From Bacteroidota bacterium (lineage in GTDB: Bacteria > Bacteroidota > Bacteroidia > UBA7662), in NCBI GenBank assembly GCA_027485465.1, contig JAIXRA010000124.1, forward strand, positions 1 to 52,790: 52,790 nt of DNA, written 5' to 3'. Shown here piece by piece: positions 48,208 through 52,790 of the stretch. The notes below the pieces were generated by a model, which ran no database searches, was not told where the DNA came from, and saw only the letters and a program-made list of their open reading frames with translations. Within the stretch, counting starts at the first letter, position 1, and each line of letters opens with the position of its first letter. A program made the position numbers and the translations under genes.

Positions 48208-48912
48208 ATGTCCCTATCCGGTTCCTCTAAACCAACAAAAATCCTGGTGGTGGACGATGAACCCGATATTTTGGAAATCGTTTCCTACAATCTTATCAAA
48301 GAGGGTTACTCGGTGAAGACGGCCGAAAACGGCCAGGACGCCCTCAAGATCGCTAGGGAATTCATCCCTGATTTGGTCTTGTTGGATGTGATGATGCCCA
48401 AGATGGATGGCATGGAAACCTGCAAGCAGCTTCGCATGATTCCATCGTTGAAATCCTGTTTTGTGCTCTTTCTTACGGCGCGCGAAGAGGAGTTTGTGGA
48501 AGTGCTTTCGTTTCAAGCCGGGGCCGATGATTTTTTGACCAAGCCTATCAAGCCCCGGGCTTTGCTCAGCCGTATCGAAGCCATTCTGCGTCGCTCTCAG
48601 TCCGACTCCACGAACGAAGTGCATCATCGGCTTCAGTTGGGGGATTTGGTGATCGATCGAGAAGCCTACCGGGTTACCCAGGCCGGGCAAACCATTCCAT
48701 TGGCCCGCAAAGAATTTGAATTGCTCTTTCTCTTGGCATCAAAGCCGGGCAAAGTCTTTACCAGGGATCAAATTTTGGAACAAATCTGGGGATCCGACGT
48801 AGTGGTCATCAACCGTACCATCGACGTCCATATTCGCAAACTTCGCGAAAAGCTCGGCGATGCCTACATTAGCACCATCAAGGGCGTAGGCTATAAATTC
48901 GAGCTTCTTTGA
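48208..48912 (+). CDS. OmpR/PhoB-family response regulator
   Basis: The receiver domain has ILVVDDEPDILE and DVMMPKMDG. The winged-helix C-terminus has TIKGVGYKF. Confidence 0.92.
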   Translation: MSLSGSSKPTKILVVDDEPDILEIVSYNLIKEGYSVKTAENGQDALKIAREFIPDLVLLDVMMPKMDGMETCKQLRMIPSLKSCFVLFLTAREEEFVEVLSFQAGADDFLTKPIKPRALLSRIEAILRRSQSDSTNEVHHRLQLGDLVIDREAYRVTQAGQTIPLARKEFELLFLLASKPGKVFTRDQILEQIWGSDVVVINRTIDVHIRKLREKLGDAYISTIKGVGYKFELL

Positions 48913-49940
48913 AGAACCTAACTCCAGTTCAGGTGGCGGGTATCGTATCCGCCGCCGTTTCGGCATTTGTTGCATGGGTGGCCCTGTGGCTGGGTTTGGG
49001 TTGGTTGGAGGCTTTGATTCTAAGTGCCGTGGGGGGTGGGGTCGCTTTGGCGGCATCCATTTACCTGTTGAAGTTTTTCTTGTTGGATCAGGTCCGTCAG
49101 ATCCTTCAAACCATCAAGCTGACCAAATCGAATTTGATGAACGAATCCCCTTCGGGTTTTCTTTCGGATCCCTTGGGTCGAGTGGACGAGGCCGTCTCGC
49201 GTTGGAGCAAGGAACAAAATCTAAAACGAGAGGAGCAGGAAAAACTAGAGCGATACCGCAAGGAATTCCTTGGGAATGTATCGCACGAGCTCAAGACCCC
49301 GATTTTTAATATTCAGGGCTATATACATACGCTGTTGGACGGGGCCAAGGATGATCCGGCCACCAACCTCAGTTTCCTCCAAAAGGCGGCTCGCTCGGCG
49401 GACCGAATGGAGGCCTTGGTCAAAGACTTGTTAACGATCAGTGAATTGGAGTCGGGTTCGGTCCGCATGGAATGGGAAAATTTTGATCTGCATGAATTGT
49501 TGCAGGATGTTTTTGATTCGGTTGACCACAAAGCGAGGGGACGTGGGATCCAAATCGAAATCAAAGCGGGTTGCGAGCCACCGTTTGGGGTCCGCGCCGA
49601 CCGCAAAAAAATCCGACAAGTCCTCGTCAATTTGCTTTCCAATTCGATTCATTACGGCAACGATCAGGGCCTGACCCAAGTGGGGGTTTTTGATATGGGC
49701 CAACAATTTTTGATTGAGGTTTCGGACAACGGAATGGGGATCGAGCCCGAACATTTGCCACGACTTTTTGAGCGTTTCTATCGGGTGGACAAAGGCCGCT
49801 CCCGTTCCGAAGGGGGAACCGGCTTGGGTTTGGCCATCGTCAAACATATGCTTGAGGTGCACGGGCAGACCATTCATGTGAGGTCTTCTGCGGGAATGGG
49901 GTCCACCTTTGGGTTTACGTTGAACAAGGCCCAGACCTAG
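48909..49940 (+). CDS. Sensor histidine kinase (two TM helices, HisKA and HATPase_c)
   Basis: The H-box is FLGNVSHELKTPI. N, G1 and G2 boxes are LLSNSIHYG, DNGMGI and GGTGLGLAIVK. The apparent start is a TTG overlapping the regulator's stop (TTTGA). Confidence 0.88.
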   Translation: MKNLTPVQVAGIVSAAVSAFVAWVALWLGLGWLEALILSAVGGGVALAASIYLLKFFLLDQVRQILQTIKLTKSNLMNESPSGFLSDPLGRVDEAVSRWSKEQNLKREEQEKLERYRKEFLGNVSHELKTPIFNIQGYIHTLLDGAKDDPATNLSFLQKAARSADRMEALVKDLLTISELESGSVRMEWENFDLHELLQDVFDSVDHKARGRGIQIEIKAGCEPPFGVRADRKKIRQVLVNLLSNSIHYGNDQGLTQVGVFDMGQQFLIEVSDNGMGIEPEHLPRLFERFYRVDKGRSRSEGGTGLGLAIVKHMLEVHGQTIHVRSSAGMGSTFGFTLNKAQT

Positions 49941-49963
49941 GTCGGGAGGTTTAGCTTTGCGCC

Positions 49964-50689
49964 ATGAAAAGACCGTCCTTTGAGGACCTGGTTTTGTGGC
50001 AGGAAGGGGATCTGTTGGCGGTGAACAAACCGCCCTTGATTGCCACCCTGGACGAAAGAACCCCCGGCCAATCGAGTTTGTTGCGCATGGCGCGGGCCTG
50101 GAATCCTGCCTTGACTCCTTGCCATCGTTTGGACAAAGAGACCTCCGGGGTCATGCTTTTTGCAGGCTCCGATGATGCATACCGTTCGGTGGCCATCGCC
50201 TTTGAGAAGCGCCAAGTCAACAAGGTGTATCATGCTCTGGTGGGCGGTATTCATCGTTTTGATAACCAAGCCATTGACCTTCCTTTGGGCCAGGGTCGGG
50301 ATGGCAGCGTCCGGGTTGATTTTCGCACCGGGAAGTCGGCGTTAACCTTTGTGAACAGCCTGGCTTATTTCCGTCATTTTACTTTGCTTGAATGCAGGCC
50401 GGTTACCGGTCGAACCCACCAAATTCGGGTTCATCTTGCCTCCCAAAACTGCCTCATCGTCGCCGACCAGGTTTACGGGGGCGAATTTCCTTTGCTTTCG
50501 GAGATCAAGGGCCGCAAATACCGAATGTCCAAAAACCAGGAGTTGGAAATTCCCATGATGCGCCGTCTAGCCCTGCATGCCCATGCGGTCGGTATCGACA
50601 GTCCAGGGCTTCAAATTCCGGTTATTGAGGCGCCCTATTCCCGTGACTTTGAGGTCTTGTTGCGGTTGTTGGGCAAATACGACTCTTGA
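49964..50689 (+). CDS. RluA-family pseudouridine synthase
   Basis: The catalytic motif is HRLDKETSGV, followed by TGRTHQIRVHL. Confidence 0.9.
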   Translation: MKRPSFEDLVLWQEGDLLAVNKPPLIATLDERTPGQSSLLRMARAWNPALTPCHRLDKETSGVMLFAGSDDAYRSVAIAFEKRQVNKVYHALVGGIHRFDNQAIDLPLGQGRDGSVRVDFRTGKSALTFVNSLAYFRHFTLLECRPVTGRTHQIRVHLASQNCLIVADQVYGGEFPLLSEIKGRKYRMSKNQELEIPMMRRLALHAHAVGIDSPGLQIPVIEAPYSRDFEVLLRLLGKYDS

Positions 50690-50691
50690 CG

Positions 50692-50717
50692 AGGACCCGC
50701 AAGGGTCCTTTTATTTT
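50692..50717 (+). terminator. Rho-independent terminator after the pseudouridine synthase gene
   Basis: AGGACCC-GCAA-GGGTCCT followed by TTTATTTT. The T-tract overlaps the stop codon of the convergent DUF349 gene. Confidence 0.75.
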
Positions 50718-52669
50718 CGGTTCGGGTTGGTTTCGGTTCGGGACTGGCGTAGGAGTCGAAGCCTCGCTTCGGCCTGAAGGAGCTGGGCCTTGAGGCCTTG
50801 AATCTTCTTTTCGACTTCGTTCTTCATGAGGTCGGCATTCTTGGATCGTCCAAAAAACCCGAGGTTGTTTTCGAGCAAATCAATTTCCTTGCGCAGGTCG
50901 TTGACTTTGTACTGGATTTGGGTCTGCTCGCGGCTGATTTCCTTATCGCCCCCGGGGTTTTGACTCATCTTTTCCAAGCGATTCTGGTATTGAGCATCCC
51001 TCTGAGCATCCCGGTCCACCTTGAGACGATCAAACCAAGCGTTGGTCAGTGAACGAAATTGATGCTGCAGGGCTTCTTTTCGATTCATCGGCACAAAACC
51101 GATTTCTCCCCAGGTTTTCTGAATTTGCATGAGGTAGGCCAGGTCCTCCGAGGGGTTTCCGGTGCTTTGGTAGGCCGTGAGTTCGGCTACCAAGGCCTCC
51201 TTCCGTTGAAGGTTCTCGCTTTGCTTGGATTTTTCTTCGGCAAAGAATTCGTTTTTGCGCGTAAAGAAGGCATCGCAGGCCTGACGAAAACGATTCCAAT
51301 ACTTGTCTGATAGTTTTCGAGGAAGGGCAGGGGCCTCCTTCCATGCTTTTTGGAGATTTACCAGGGCCTGTGTTCCGCCTTTCCAATCCTCGGAACTCTG
51401 CCAGGATTCGGCTTCTTTACACCAGATTTCGCGTTGCTGGACAAGGACCTGCATTTCGGCTTTGACCGATTTGAAGTGCAGGAGACGAGCCGAATAAAAG
51501 GCATCCAAGCCCGCTTTGAATCGTTTCCAAACAGCTTCCTGCTTGTCCTTGGCAACGGGTCCTGTACTCCGCCAGTCTTGTTGAAGGAGTTCGATGGTAT
51601 GGGTCAAAGCGTTCCAATTGGGCTTGGAATCGCCCAGGGTTTGAACCAGGATTTCGAGATTCTCGCAGAGTTTGGTTTTGGCTTCCAGGTTTTGGGACCG
51701 GATTTGGTCCAATTCTTCAAACTTTCCACGGCGACTTTGAAAGACCCGATCCGAAACATTTTTGAAGCGGTTCCACAAATCCTCGGATTGGTGACGGGGC
51801 ACTGGTCCAACGGATTTCCATTGTTCGTGCAAAATGGAGAGCTTGACGCCGGCTTGAAGTACATCGGTTTCCAGCAACAACTTTTCGGCTTGTTCGCAGA
51901 GGTTGGTCTTGATCTCAAAATTCCTGGACAGGTCCAGTTCCTTGAGCTCACGATTGATTCTCAAATTGTTATAAAATTGATCGTGAAGCCAATGATAGCG
52001 ATTCCACAATTCCTGTCGTTGATCGGCTGGCACCGGTCCACATTCCTTCCAACGATTTTGGAGGTCCTTGAGTTGGTCGTTCAGGCCCGCTTTGCCTTGC
52101 TCTTCTTGCTCTACAATTTGTTGCAATTCATCCAACATCGCTTTTTTGAGAAGCAAGTTGGCCTGCATGATGGCCTCTTTCTCTTGTTTTTCTTGTTGAC
52201 GCCGGGTTTGGTAACGCTGCCACAAATCCTGGTACAAAAGGAACAATGGCGAATGGGCCACGGGGGTGGCCTCTTGTTCGCCTTCCAGGTTTTCGAGTTC
52301 CTGTTGGGCCTTGAGCTTTTGGAACCAATGGTCGATTTGGGCTTTGATCAAGCGAATCTTGGGATGCTCGCCTTCGAGATGGGCTTTTTTGACGGAATCA
52401 CCCAAATGGGTTAATAGACCTTCGAGGTCCATGGCGTGGTATTCCGGCAAGGCTTCTTCCTCGCGGGGCAAAAGAAGTTCGTCCTCCTCGTCGCCCAAGG
52501 CCTCGATGGTTTCTTGGGGTGGGGTGGGCAAGGTGGTCTCTTGCGGGGGTGTGGGCAAGGTGGTCTCTTGCGGGATTTCCGGCGTCGTCAATTCGCCCGA
52601 GTTTTCGGGTTGCTGAATTTCAGGTTCCAATTCGTTCATCCTGGCCTGTTTGTACTTTAGGGACTGCAA
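50711..52669 (-). CDS. DUF349 repeat protein
   Basis: Multiple units of about 70 aa carry the DUF349 pattern (W+..GP.P......LW.RF..A.D.FF). The N-terminus is acidic and Pro/Thr-rich. An alternative start lies at 52639. Confidence 0.85.
   Translation of the reverse strand: MQSLKYKQARMNELEPEIQQPENSGELTTPEIPQETTLPTPPQETTLPTPPQETIEALGDEEDELLLPREEEALPEYHAMDLEGLLTHLGDSVKKAHLEGEHPKIRLIKAQIDHWFQKLKAQQELENLEGEQEATPVAHSPLFLLYQDLWQRYQTRRQQEKQEKEAIMQANLLLKKAMLDELQQIVEQEEQGKAGLNDQLKDLQNRWKECGPVPADQRQELWNRYHWLHDQFYNNLRINRELKELDLSRNFEIKTNLCEQAEKLLLETDVLQAGVKLSILHEQWKSVGPVPRHQSEDLWNRFKNVSDRVFQSRRGKFEELDQIRSQNLEAKTKLCENLEILVQTLGDSKPNWNALTHTIELLQQDWRSTGPVAKDKQEAVWKRFKAGLDAFYSARLLHFKSVKAEMQVLVQQREIWCKEAESWQSSEDWKGGTQALVNLQKAWKEAPALPRKLSDKYWNRFRQACDAFFTRKNEFFAEEKSKQSENLQRKEALVAELTAYQSTGNPSEDLAYLMQIQKTWGEIGFVPMNRKEALQHQFRSLTNAWFDRLKVDRDAQRDAQYQNRLEKMSQNPGGDKEISREQTQIQYKVNDLRKEIDLLENNLGFFGRSKNADLMKNEVEKKIQGLKAQLLQAEARLRLLRQSRTETNPNRK
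52521..52574 (-). repeat. 2 x 27-bp in-frame tandem duplication (26/27 identical)
   Basis: ggggtgggcaaggtggtctcttgcggg is followed directly by ggtgtgggcaaggtggtctcttgcggg. The copies encode PQETTLPTP twice in the DUF349 N-terminus. Confidence 0.95.
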
Positions 52670-52722
52670 AATAAGGACCGGCAGGGCTCAAATTTCTTAA
52701 GCCACGGTTCAACTAGAAAGGA

Positions 52723-52790
52723 ATGAATCAAAATCAATACGCCCTGGTCGAATGCCCCCGTGACGCCATGCAGGGACTTCGGCATTGGGT
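52723..52790 (+). CDS. Hydroxymethylglutaryl-CoA lyase-like protein, N-terminal 22 codons only (runs off the window)
   Basis: MNQNQYALVECPRDAMQGLRHW. The ECPRDAMQG motif matches my recollection of the N-terminus of Bacteroidota HMGL-like lyases. Confidence 0.5.
   Translation, partial: MNQNQYALVECPRDAMQGLRHW

Noticed and set aside
51350-52414. 354-aa ORF antisense to the DUF349 gene
   Set aside because: The sense strand shows the periodic DUF349 repeat pattern. The antisense translation is Leu/Phe/Gln-rich low-complexity sequence generated by the Glu/Lys/Gln/Trp-rich sense codons.

Overview
This 52.8-kb window looks like a densely packed core-chromosome segment of a Bacteroidota genome. Supporting evidence: four proteins end in type IX secretion (T9SS) C-terminal sorting domains, several operons carry TAnnTTTG -7 promoter boxes, and the order miaB / sigma-54 activator / lptE-like / secG / groES-groEL is one I recall as typical of the phylum. 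I support about 46 protein-coding genes. They include a secreted GH13 amylase and a CBM-esterase, and a five-gene fatty-acid beta-oxidation cluster with an embedded MarR regulator. They also include two paralogous surface proteins with a CPPC thioredoxin-like motif, the miaB-to-secG string, groESL, sdhCAB, ribE, purB, bshB1, smc, fmt, fbp, alaS, gatB, an OmpR/HisKA two-component pair, an RluA-family synthase and a DUF349 protein. I found no rRNA, tRNA, CRISPR array, transposase, integrase or recognisable defence or toxin genes. I cannot point to a discrete novel multi-gene system. The best lead is regulatory: a near-consensus sigma-54 -24/-12 promoter and an NtrC-style dyad sit in front of groES-groEL, 1.8 kb downstream of a PspF-like sigma-54 activator gene that has no sensory domain. 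Other leads are the CPPC T9SS paralogues, an unrecognisable 328-aa protein wedged between ribE and purB, a palindromic operator candidate at the MarR/beta-oxidation promoter, unusual head-to-head and tail-to-tail gene overlaps, and two recent in-frame tandem duplications. All product calls come from reading motifs in the translations. No database search was run.
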